Shown here: piece by piece, positions 12,871 through 25,500 of the stretch
Numbering within the stretch: position 1 is the first letter of the stretch
Layout of the letters: each line of letters begins with the position of its first letter
NCBI RefSeq assembly: GCF_020745735.1
Contig: NC_083446.1
Coordinates: 6,558,433-6,622,432 of the forward strand
Length of the DNA stretch: 64,000 nucleotides
Reading direction: 5' to 3'
Source: Hemiscyllium ocellatum
Lineage: Eukaryota
Notes under the pieces: generated by a model
Databases searched by the model: none
What the model was told of the DNA's origin: nothing
Seen by the model: only the letters and a program-made list of their open reading frames with translations
Program-made: the position numbers and the translations under genes

Positions 12871-13149
12871 AGTAAGTGACACTGAGAAACATTGACAAGA
12901 AAGCCTGACCAAAACCTGAGGTAAATAACATGTATTTCCTGACCATAAATTTTATCTTAAGACTTTTAATAGCATATATGTTGAACTGCTCAAGAAAAAC
13001 AGCAATACCATGCTCCCCACTCTGACTGAGAGGGTAAAAGGCAAAGCCTGTAGGGTAAAAGTGTCTAGTTGGATTTTACTTGTTCAATAAATTCATTAAA
13101 CTACTTTGTTAAAGCAAAGGTACAACAAAGTCACTCGGTACACAAATAC

Positions 13150-14045
13150 CAAGCGCCACTACATATTGAGGTTCTGCCTCTCCCTGCTGTTGTGAAAGGT
13201 GGGGTTGGCCTCATTGCCTCAACACTCCAAGTAATTGCACTGTTCTATATCATCTATATGTTCTATATCTTCATGGAGAAACTGGCAAAGAGTTTGATCA
13301 CAATTCCATTAGGAAGTGGTCAGCATGTAGCATCCTCAAGACCTTGTTGGAAAAGGAGAGGGTGGATTTTGTCATGTGGTTTTCTGAGGAGACAGTCAGT
13401 CATTTGGCAGAATGCCTCATCACCGGACATCACTTGACTGGCGGTAAGAAGGGCACTGCCTGTCATATCCTTCTTGTATGGGGGGATTGAACTGTTGCAC
13501 ATCTTCTGGAATGTGCCTTTGCAAAGTAAATCTGGAGAAAGATGCAATGTTTTTCATCAAGGTTCGTAATGAGCAGTTCCATGATACAGGACTCTGTGCT
13601 CTACAGTCTATTTCCTGGAACACACACCGAGACAAACATCGGCAGTACCTGGAGGACCATCAACTCACTGAAAAAAGTTCTTTAGTCTGCCCAAAACATG
13701 TTGGTCTTCCAGAACAATGAGTTGACCTCAAATGAATGTTGCAGACTGGCACATTCCGAGGTCCAGGACTACATGCTGAGGGATGCAGTGAAGCTTGGGG
13801 AAGCTGCTACAAAAGTGCAATGGGAAAAGATCACTGTCTAAGATCTTCCTGCTGAAGTTAAATGGGGTTCCATTCAGTTCTCAGATTCTCCTCATGTCTC
13901 AAATATAGTCTTGTTCAAGTAGGAGATGCCTTTGGTTTGTTTGAATAGGGTCTAAGATTTGTTTGTTTCCTTGATATGACACTTGACTATGTATGAATAT
14001 AAAGATATTTTTAACGAATAAAGTATATTTTAAAAATAAAAAATG
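13150..14045 (+). mobile_element. L1/Tx1-type LINE 3' end
   Basis: LAVRRALPV, AHLLECAFA zinc-binding remnant, QDYMLRDAVKLGEAA..QWEKITV*, then AATAAA and an A-rich tail. Confidence 0.7.
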
Positions 14046-14689
14046 ACACTTAAAAAAGACACAACTAAACTGATAAACTGCAATTTCACCAATCTGCTGA
14101 ATAATGTTTGCAGTGATACTAACTTATTTTTGCTTCAAATCTGTACGTTTACATTTTTGTAATGCATGACTCAACCCAAGTGTGTAATCACTACAATCTT
14201 TTAAAACAGAGCCTCACAATTTCCAGTTATAACATATGAATTAAGAGCAGGCCACTCAGCTCCTCAAGCCTGCTGTCATTTATTTAGCCCATTGTTGATG
14301 TGATTACTCCACATTCCCTCCCACCCACCCCAGTAACTTATCACACCTCGCTTATCAAAAATTTATCTATCTCTGCCTTAAAAATGTTCAAACACTGCTT
14401 GCACCATCTTTTGAGGAAGGAAGTTCTAAAGTCCCATGACTCTCTGTGAGAAAGAAATTGCCCTCATTTCTGTCTCAAATGGGTGAGCACTTATTTTTAA
14501 GCAGTGACCTTAGTTGTACATTCTCCTACAAGAGGAAATATCCTCTCTATATTCACCCTGTCAAGACCCCATGTATTTAAATCAAGTCACCTTTTACTGT
14601 TCTAAACTCCAGTGGAGACAAGCCTAGCCTGTTCAATGTTTCTTCATATTTCCAATGTTTGAGGCCAAGTGAATGACATGAGACAGGCC

Positions 14690-15312
14690 ATGTTTAGCAG
14701 CGCTGCCAAAATCGTGAAGCCTAATGGTAAAAAGCTGTCCGAATTAGAGTCTGGTATTTTCCAGTTCTTCTGGAGTTAGAAATGAATTATGACTTGAAGA
14801 CTCAGTTATGAAAGCTGAACATTACAGCTGCCAAGGAAATTGGCAATGGTAGAAAAGCAACTATTATCTTCATGCCAGTACCCCAACTGAAGTACTTTTA
14901 GAAGATCCAAGTGCAACTTGTGCACGAGTTTGAAAATAAAATTTTGTGGTAAGCATGTTGTCTTCATTGCAGAGAGGAGCCTTTTGCCAAAATCCAACCA
15001 GGAAAAGTAGAAACACGAACAAACAGAAGCATCCCAGAAGCCATACATTGACTGCAGTGCGTAATGCCATTCTTGAAGATTTGGTTTGCCCCAATGATTG
15101 TGGACAAGAGAATTCGTGTGAAACTAGCTGGTACAAAGCTCAAAGTACATTTGAACAAAGCTCAACGGCACAATGTAGAACACAAAAAAAGATATATTTT
15201 CAGCTGTCTACAAGAAACTAACTAGCTAGGATGTTGTATATGAATTACCAGAGTTCCAATGGTAGATTGTAAAGAATGGTTCAAATAAAAAAAGTCAATA
15301 CTGATAAAAAAA
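14690..15312 (+). pseudogene. RPS7: Processed pseudogene of 40S ribosomal protein S7
   Basis: Intronless MFSSAAKIVKPNG...ITAAKEI...KIQV.LV...GKHVVFIA...PRS.TLTAV..AILEDLV...KRIRVKL...PEFQ with stops and frameshifts; AATAAA at 15284; short A-tract at about 15305. Confidence 0.93.
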
Positions 15313-16362
15313 GACATGCAAGATTGTGCTGTTGACCATATATGAAACTCAACAATTCAGTACTGTTGCTTTCCTTTTCACTTTATCTTACTCACTTTTT
15401 GCTTTATCTTTTCCAGCACAACCAAACTATCCGTGAAAATATAAATAAAGCTCAAGCTTCCACACTCAACTACAACGTAGCTCAGAAATAAATTCCAGCT
15501 GTGGTAATTCCCAAGCTAATAGAGATGAAGGCAATGCATGAGAAATGAGCTTTGATTGCATCAGAAACGACGAGTTGTTGTTGACAAATTTCTTTAAATT
15601 ATGGTCCTTATTGCGAGCTCAACAAAATGTCAGGTTATTAATACATTGAGAAATGAAATCCTCCCAACATGAGGTGCTGTTAGATGCAATAAGTTGATAA
15701 TCAACAGACTTTCAATTTCACTTCAATCAAAACATGCACAAAATACTTGCCATATGTGCTGAGAAATGGAGATGTGGATTCACAGCCAAGGTTTCCCACA
15801 AAATGGGTTCAAGAGTTCGGGCAGGATTAGATGTGGATCACAGTCCAGGAACTTTCTTACCAAAGGAACATCTAATGGTTCACATTGTGGGATAGATTCT
15901 CAGTAAATGTCAGTGATTATATTTTAACAATGAAGAGATTGTGGTAAAAAGAAAGCAATGGGCATGCAAGACATATAAACTTAAGAACAAAATAAATAGC
16001 AGCAGAGCTGGATGAACTCTGTCTCAGTCTTTAGATATGGCATATCCTTAAAACAAGTAGGTGCTTATGCAATTCTATACAACAGAATGATTTAATGGGA
16101 ATAGTTTTGATCCCTATTCAGATAGTTCTTTTGTGACGTGCAGTGTGCCAAAGAACAGCAATTTCTGTAAATGAATGATGCACTGTAAACTGTACTCTCA
16201 CGGTACCATATCAAGACGGACTATCCATTGGACACTCAATAAAAATTGTAATGAAAAAATATAATATACTAGCTTCTAATCCTCGCCATGTCACCCTCAG
16301 CTACATTAGAATATAGACCAGATCTTAAGTGTAAGAGAAAGCTCCTTTTATGCAGAAACAAC

Positions 16363-16368
16363 TTTATT
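16363..16368 (-). terminator. Candidate TOP6BL polyadenylation signal AATAAA
   Basis: AATAAA on the minus strand about 170 nt after the stop codon. Confidence 0.55.
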
Positions 16369-16538
16369 TCATAAATTTTCCCTTTTGCTTTACTAAGTGA
16401 TCCACTTAGTAAAAGTTATTTGTTATTACTATTTCATACTGTATATGACTTTTACATTACTGTTATTAATACTCATTTCTATCTTGTTTGGATTGATGGC
16501 CTGAGGGATGCATTCAGCTCTCTCTCATCTGGTGGAAA

Positions 16539-16592
16539 TCACTGTGTCCAATCAGACAAATTGGAAACTTCCTGAAGCCACAGATATTCCTC
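16539..16592 (-). CDS. TOP6BL: TOP6BL last exon, REC114-binding C-terminal peptide
   Basis: EEYLWLQEVSNLSDWTQ* vs human EDVLWLQEVSNLSEWL. Confidence 0.93.
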   Translation of the reverse strand, partial: EEYLWLQEVSNLSDWTQ

Positions 16593-19500
16593 CTGCAAAC
16601 AAGAGAACACAGAATACTGCCATTATTGTAGAAATCAGTACACATACTACAATTACCATAAAACATTTCATATTATGATTTCCCGATAAAGACACAGAAA
16701 CAGCAGTTGGTGCCAGATCTGCTGTTAGTTTTAAATCTGAGATAAATTTTTGTTAAGCACAGGTATTAAGGGATATAGATAAAAGACAGGTATATGGAAT
16801 TAGGTCACATATCAGCCAGGATGTCATTAAATTGCAGAAAAGGCTTGAGGGGCTGAATAGCCTACTTTTGTTTCTATGCTTCAATGTGGAATAAAGTTAA
16901 CTCATACTCATTCTATTTGTTTGCAAACCACATCTCGCCAATTGAATAATTCTTACTACGATTTTATGATTATTTTAGTGAATCTGTCACTTGGTGGTAG
17001 AAAGCATTTGGATTCAGATAATTTAATAAGGTGCCTAAATGGGTAATGTGATCTTTGCTGAATGTTCAGTTATTATGCTAAACATAAAAAATGCAAGCTT
17101 TGCTAAATAAATTCCAGCAACAGTCTTTCTTTCGTTTCTTCCATAGCTCCACTCAAAGTGACTCTAAGCTTATCTTGTCCATGAAACCCACCTCCTATTC
17201 CATTGAACCTATTCTCAATATACAGCTGTTCACCTGACTTCCCCATCTGTTTCCTTGTAAATAAATATTATAAATGTTTCTCACTTTTCAGCCATGGTTC
17301 CTCTTTCTTTAAATCATTGTCATAACCCATCCCCTCAAAAAATTCCTCAATTGCATCAACTTTGAAAATGACCATTCCAATTCTAACATTCCTTTTCCTG
17401 TTCAAAGTCCTTGAATATTATTGTCACCTCTCAAATCTGTTTCATCCCTGAGGAATGCAGGACTCTTATGATGTGGGTATAATGTCTCTACCGCTGGGCC
17501 AGGGGGCACAGGTTCATCCCCCGTTCCAGTTTTGAACAGTTTGATTCGAAAATATTTAGCCTGAGAAACTCATAGCTTTTGTGGTAGTGTCCCAACCTCT
17601 GGGCCAAGAGTCCCAAATTCAGTCCCACCTGTTCCAGAAGTGTGTAATGACATCTCTAAATAGGTGGATTAGAAAATATCTACTCTAAGGAACTCCTGCA
17701 ACTATGTCCTGGGACTGAGACAACAGATCTTGTACTAGGTATGACTCCAATCTGCGAAGAGTGTGCCTCCTGATTTCCATTGGCTCCAGTTTTGCCAGGG
17801 TTCCTTGAAGTCATTCTTAGTCAAATGTTGCCTGATGTCAAAGACAATCATTCTTACCTCGCCTCTGAAATTTAGCTCTTTAGTCCATATTTGGACTAAG
17901 ACTGTAATGAAGAAAACAGGTGAGTGGCCATTGTAAAATCCAAACTGAGCATCATTGAACAGGTTATTGCCAAGCAAGTGCTGCTTGACAGCACTGTCAA
18001 CAACATCGTCCATCACTTTGATGATTGAGAGTTGTTTGATAGGGTGACAAGTGAAGAGGATAGATTTGTCCTACTGATCAGGACTACCTAATAGTTTTTC
18101 ATATTGTTGAATAGATGCCAGTGTTATGTTGTACTAGAAAAGCTTGACTAGGGACATGGCTAATTCTGGCACACAAGTCTTCAGTATGATTGCTGGAACA
18201 ATGTTGGGGCATTTGCAGTTTCCAGTGTCTTCAGTCATTTCTTGAAATCACTGAAGAATTGAACTTGTGATGTTGGGACCTCAGGAGGTGGCTGAGATGG
18301 AGTTTCAACTTTTAAGGTATTACTTAAAACCGACCTTTTTGAGAAAGCTTTTAGTCATCTGACCTAATATCTCAACATCACACTCTGATTTATAACGCTT
18401 ACACGAAGTGTCTTGGGATTTTTTATGTAAAAGGCATATATAATTTGTTGCTGTTGTTGGCAACTTTGTGCTGAGAGTTGACGGTTACATGTTGATTTTT
18501 TTTTATTTAAAAAGGTGCACAACACCACCATAGCTATTTGTTGTCTATTTCCAGATATCTCAAGAAAATATTAGACCTTCACAATAACTATTGTTACATT
18601 TAGTCATTTTAGAGGTCAATGAGACATCGTGTGCACCTTACATGTATAGTATATATAATGACAGTTGGAATGACAGGTTTCTTTCTCTGCAGGATATTAA
18701 TGAACTTACTTTGCTTTTATAACAAACTGAAAAATTTCATTGCCATCTTTTTTGATGTTGACCCACAAATGATCAGATTTATCTGATTAAACTTCACAAC
18801 ACATTGTGATGGATTCTGAACTCAACCTTTGGGTTCCTATATCTTTTAGCATGAATATAGTGATGGTTTCCATATTTACCAAATGCTTAGTTGAGCAAAA
18901 GATATGAATTTTCATGAAAATAAACTGGGATCCAAATGCTGGATACAAGCACAAACCTTATTATCGGTTGTTTTACCACTGATCGTTTGCTCAGTGCTCA
19001 TTGTACTGCACTGTACCCCGAAGGTGCCAATCGTCTCAGATGTTAATCTTATTGGGAATGATGCTGAGACCTGCATATCTGTTTTCAGCAAGGAGACATG
19101 GCTTGTGTTAAGATTTTCCATTCTTGGATATTTATATTCCTTTTCCACTGTGTTTTTGAAAGGGCTGCTATGGAAATTTGGAGAGGTCTTCATTCCACAT
19201 GCATCCAGCTGTCTTTTCTTTGCACCTATTTCTTGTTCAATGCTGTTGGAACTACAGGCTGTTTCTACTGTCAATTTTGGAGATTCAACACCCCAAAGCG
19301 CACTGTCCAAACCTGACAATGTGAATGATAGATCTGCAATACAATATTGCATAAAATTTAAAATTCCAGTAATGCCATCTCAAATCTTCCACTAAACATT
19401 TAAAAGGGCATCAGTTAAAGTCCTTATTTATGCTTATCTATGTAATCTACTGAGTTTAAAATTACTGAAAAGGTCGGAAAACAAATCTCTAGAATTTAAT

Positions 19501-22500
19501 TCCTTTTCAACTCTACACTGTTCATTCTTCATTTGTAGGAATGATCTGACTCTGCCATTCCACACAGTATAGTGGATTGTAAGGGTCTTGTTTGTGCAAA
19601 TGAAGTGGTCATGGAATCAAAGCGTAAAACTGGTGTGGCACCAATTGCCATCCTGTTTACACTAGTACCTTACTTATGTGGAAATCAGGCAGTGACGTTT
19701 TGGGTGAGCCAACATTTATGAGAGGCAAATAATTGCAAGTTGACAAGGAAACATTGGAAGAGTTAAGAATGGTGGCAGGAAAAACATGGCTGAGGGTTTC
19801 AGCAACAGATGAACAGAAACAGGGATGGAACCAGGTTATATTACAGAGGGGGAAAATGTGGTCTTAGCGATGTACATGATATAGCATTAGAAAAGAAATT
19901 CAACTCCGAGTCAAATAAAGCACAAAATTCGAATTTTGCCAGTTCCAGTGGTTAGAGAGGCGAGAAAGGAGTTTGTGTTGGAGGCCAAAGACATGGTTAA
20001 TTGAAGGATATTTTGATTCATTCAATGCTGGATATCTGACAATAAGAAAGCAATAAAGTGATCAGAAAGCTGGATGTCACCAGCGTACATTTAGAGGTTG
20101 ACATATTTTCAGGCGATTTCATTAAATGGCAGCAAATAATGAGAGCTGGGAGCATGTCAAACATTGGGGACTTTAGAGATACTGCTGTAGGGGTAGAAAT
20201 CAGAGGCCACTGAAGAAGAGATGGGGAACAGGACACAGAAAGAAGAACTGCAAGCCTTTCATATTATATTAAATCTATTTGGACAATGTATTAGTTAGGA
20301 CATATAATTAAGTTCATACATAACAGCAATATGACCTGACCTCACTGAGAGACACAGAGATGAAGAGACCCAAGAAACATAAGGCAGTAGTGAGGTCTAA
20401 AACAGAGATTAGGACTTCAGTATTTAGAAACAAAAGTCATAGGCACATAATTGATCAGATATTTTGTTCTAAATGAACCTATACCTGATTCAGAACCATC
20501 AAGCTCCGTATGGATTTTCTGGGATTTATCTGCATCATACAGACTGTCTTGACTGGTCTCTGGGGCAGCTGAATCAGTGCTAGATAGCACCCGGTCACTA
20601 TCTCCTGAATGAATCTTAAGTCAAAACACAATCAACTTTAAGTCTGTGCAGTTAAATTCGTTTAGAATCAATCACAATTTCAACCTTAATGGCCCAACAT
20701 AATGAGTGCCCCAAATCCACTTTATTGAATCATCTAACTGAGGATTAAATGAAATTTTGAGATAATGTTACAGAAACTGTTGCCTTTCCAGGATCATGCA
20801 TTTTTTCATACTCCATAATACATAAATTATTAAAGAATGTCATTTTTGAGTAATACAAACAGATCATAGTAAGATTATGAAATATCCAGGAAACAAATTA
20901 TATTAAATCGAGTCTTCTGAATCGCTCAGACTTAATCAATTTTCAATTTATGTAAGAACATACTCGTTTCATGTCACAGACTCTGCTCAGGAGAAATCTA
21001 TTCTGGATAATATTCTGTAGAGTATTCTGAAGTGACGTCTTAATTTCTTGTGTGTTTGAGACCTAGAAAGTCAATAATAAATATCTTTTAAATTAAGTTA
21101 CATCTGTAATAAGTTAGGCTTTCAAGTAATGAAAATAAATGATGGAAACAAGTAGTGCAATGGAGGAGCATGTGAGAACTGCAATAGCTGCAGCATCTCA
21201 CTGATGCCCAACCAAAATCTGCTAACTCAATAAAAATTACAGAATATTAAGTAATAGAATAGAAACAGCTCATTTGTTTCATCAGGATTGTGTCAAAATT
21301 ATTATTTTTTGTCTAGTACTATAGAGAAATACCTTATCTTGCCAAACCATGAGACACAGCACAATGAAGAAACTAAATGATGCTTTGACGCTTACATATT
21401 TGGTAAGGTGCTATCTATGTTGTCTCAGTGCAACCATTGCTGCTTAAAGTAGTGCATGCTATTTGCCAACCACAGTGCACCCCATGTATACCTTCAGGAG
21501 CTGTAGCGACTTGATTCTAAAATCACGATTTGTACTGCTTGACAATACACTGTGAATTGCATCACAGATGACAGTGGTTGCAGTCTGCATCTTCCTCTGA
21601 TCCTATAGACAAAAAAGTTAAATAGCCACTCATTCACAGCAATTATAAAGTGTTCCTGCTCTCAAATTAGTAAAATCAAATAGAATGTTAAACATGCAAG
21701 AAACTGTTTCGTAAGAATGCTATTTTTTGGGATTGTCAGGAGATAAAGGTAAGGTTGTAAATGGTACTCATTCTGAGCTTAGCTGATGACATTTAGAATC
21801 ATCTACATGATGTAGGAGTAGAATTATTATCAGGACAGATCAGACAGAAGTTCATATATGTCATTGAGGACACTAGTGAATTTGTTGGGTTTTTATAACA
21901 ATCTAAGAACTGTCACCAAGTTATTTTTCTAATATTAGCCCTTGAACAAGCAGATTTATTCAATTAATGTTAAAGAGGGGCAAATACATATCCAGAGTGG
22001 ATCAGGTATTTGTAACAAATTCTTCTTTTTCCTTCTCTCTTCTCCAAAAATTCCCGAGTCTCACTAAGTCTAAGCTGTCCTTTCATACCTATGATGTATT
22101 ATTTACATGACAAGCTAGACAATAAATTTTGAAAGGCTAGCTATTCTGAGATAACTCCTAAGAGATTGGAATCCAGTTTTAGTGCATTTTCTCCCTTTTA
22201 AGTCCACCTTTACAAAGCTTGCTTGATACCTCATCAGGTGTAACATTCCATGATCTTTCACTCAAGACAGCTGCTGAATTTACATCCACAGTCATTTTGC
22301 TATTTCAGTCTTTGTTTAAAAGAACACATATGGTAATTAATATGGTCCATGGCCAAGATACCCAATATTGTAATATTGACAGAATACATTACAAGGAAAT
22401 ACCAGATGAAATCCAAAATCTATATTTATTGTAAAGCATCAGGTAATTATGTTATCAGTTCATCACTGCCAAAAACTAATCGAAGTTCCTATGTCTTTTG

Positions 22501-25500
22501 AGTTTGCTTCTGATACCTTTCTGTAATGTAAGCATTCATCCAAGACTTGATGGAGCACAGGTTGAACTGATTTCCTCACAACATCTTTATTATAATGAAG
22601 AATCTGGTCCAGATGTTCAACAACTGTTTTCTGTCCCGCTGTCCACAAAAAAAAGAACATTAGAAGTTCTCACCAAAAACAAAACCTTTGAATACATAAC
22701 TTTTATCATCATTTTGCCAGTGGCAATCCAAATAGCAAACAATTGGACATACTAGTTGCAAAACCAAGACCAGCGTTTCACCAACAATAGCATTTATGTT
22801 TTCTTAAAAGTTTTAAATATGGATGACATAATTAACTTCACAGTAGTGATAGAAAGGAAAGTCAAAGTAAAAGATGGCTTTGTCACCGTAATTATTTGTG
22901 TCTTTTTTTTAATGGGTCAATAATGTAAATACACTTGATAATAAAAGCTTGTTGACCAGGCTTTGTGAAAGTACCTATTACATCCAACAGCTCGAAGTGG
23001 AAGTCATCCCAGTATTGGATGAAAAGGAAAAGAAGCAGCATCTGTTCTTGGGCTCTACCAGATTCAAACCAGTCATCTTCCAGGATTGATTGAAGTTTGT
23101 AACTGATATCTGGACAAGCTAATCCTGTGATAAATACAAATATGTACAATGTAACTGGCTCTTAAAAGTTATTTTCAGATTTCTTTTCCCTGTCTGGCAG
23201 ATGTTTACTTTTATGGAGGTGCATACCAATGAAGTCACTAGTCCTTTAGTATCACTGAAATGGCCATTTTCTTGCATGATCTGGTGATTATCGATGCATA
23301 TTAACCATACAGTGCATCATATTTGAGGTAGACCCAATCCTCACCAAGCAGACACATGCAACATAAATTACTGCATCGTGATTCAGAGAGGGAGCCTTAG
23401 TTGAATGTTCTGTTCCATTAATCAAAGTTATTGGGAGTTCTATCCTATAGCTAAGCATGGCACATCTAGAAAGTGTGTCCAGTGACCAATCAGCAAGATG
23501 TTTAGTTTAGGCTTTGCTGCAACAATGCACAACTAAGTTAAATAAAACAAGTAAACACACAAACATTCAGAACAGGACCCAAAGTAAAACACCTCCTGAG
23601 TTGATTGAGAGCAGGTGTTTATCATTGAACTTTGTGGACTCTCTTGTTGTGTAGTAGTACAATCTCTACCCCTGAAATGAGAGACCCAGCTTCAAGTCCC
23701 ACCTGCTTCAAAAATATGCAATAACATCTTTGAATAGATTATTTCAAAAAATAGGTTAAATAAAACTTCTGTGACCACTTGGTCAGACTGAAGGAGCAGC
23801 ATCGGTGAAGGTGCCAACCATTTCAAGTATCTCTGACAGGACCAGATAGAGGTCACATGCAAACTTCAGAAAGAATGTGCAGCTTGGTGCGGGAGTGTGT
23901 GGTAGCCAGCGGTCAGACCATGTGGAGGCCCCTGTGCTGGTCTGATGCAGACAGCCTTTGGAGAGAGACTGTGATGTTGTCTTTTTAACTTTGCTTCTTG
24001 TTTTTTTCTGATACTGTGTATAGTCTTTGTTTTTTTCTTCATTTCCCCACTCTTTAACTAAGGATTGTACCTAGAAACCTTTGTACCTAAGATGGCAATG
24101 CAATGTGGTGACTTTTAAACCTTTCACTGTTCTCATTTGAGTACGTGATCATAAAATTCCAATCCAAATATCAATCCAAGCTGTTCATCAAATACATCCT
24201 TTGTTATCTACGGCAGGGAGTTCCAAATCTAGCATTGGACTATTTTGTTACTTTAGGACCTACAATTTCAGAATGGAAGGAAGTCACACTAAGGAAGCTA
24301 AGAAAACAGGAGTACTTCTGGAGTGGTTGTAAAAAGTTATTGAGTATGAGGTCCTCGGTTGGGGCTGTTAACCCGGGCCAATCAGGGAGCCCTGTCTGAC
24401 ATATAAACAGGAGGTTCGGAGAGTCTCCTCACTCTAGGGACTGGATCTGAGCTGACTGATCAGAGCCCATGTATATTGCATATGTAAATAAAGGGTAATT
24501 TGGTAATGGTACACTGGCCTCTGTTCAGGTATTTCAACTTCCCTTATCTAAACATCCGTTTTGCTGTCACTATTGTCTACATATTAAGTTGCATTACAGG
24601 TATACAAGGTGGTTAAGAAGGCATTTAGCATGCTTGCCTTCATTGCGCAGACTACTGAGTATAAGAATTGGGGCATCGTGTTGAGGCTGTATAGGACACT
24701 TTTGGAGTACTGTGTATAGTTCTGATTGACCTTCTGCAGGAAGGATATTATTAAATTGGAGAGGGTTCAGAAAAGATTTAGCTGAATGGTGGGTTTACTA
24801 AAATCATGAGGGATAAGATAAGGTGGGGGAGTTCAAAACTAGGGGGCATATTTTTAAGGTGAGAGAAGAAAGATTAAAAAGGGACCTGAGGGGCAACTTT
24901 TTCACATAGAGGATGGTTTGAGTGTGGAATGAAATGGCGGACGATCTGGTAGATGCAGATATCATTATAGCATTTAGAAGACATTTGGATAGATACATGA
25001 ATAAGAAAGGTTTAGAGGATTATGAGCCAAATGCAAGCAAGTGGGACTACTTTTACTTTGCAAAACGTGGCTGGCATGGATGAGTTATACCAAAGGATAT
25101 GTTTCTGTGCTGTATGACTCCATAACTCTAATTAAGAAACAAGCTTACAGGGCCCTCTTGTGGTATAGCAGTAGTGTCCCTACCACTGGACTGATATGCC
25201 TGGGTTCAAGTCTCAGAGATGTGCAATAACAACTTTGAACAGATTGATTAGAAAAATAGGCTAAATGTAAAAAATTCTAAAAGCATTTAAGAAATGGGCT
25301 TAAATGCCACAGGTAATTTGCTGGTGGGGATAAAAAGCCATTTGGTTGCCAGTGACAATGGCTCTAGATATTAAAAAAAATTAAGAGGTAGGCCTGCTAG
25401 AGGTGTGCAATAACAAACCTGAAAAGATTGATTAAATGCATTTACACTTGTGAATGTTTCTAGGAGTACTCGTGGTCTAGTGATAGTGTCCCTGTTTCTG

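Noticed and set aside
16905-17035. Possible extra TOP6BL exon before the last exon
   Set aside because: Stop codon in the required phase 0, and the other frames also terminate.
18904-19395. 163-aa plus-strand ORF
   Set aside because: Antisense to TOP6BL exon 15.
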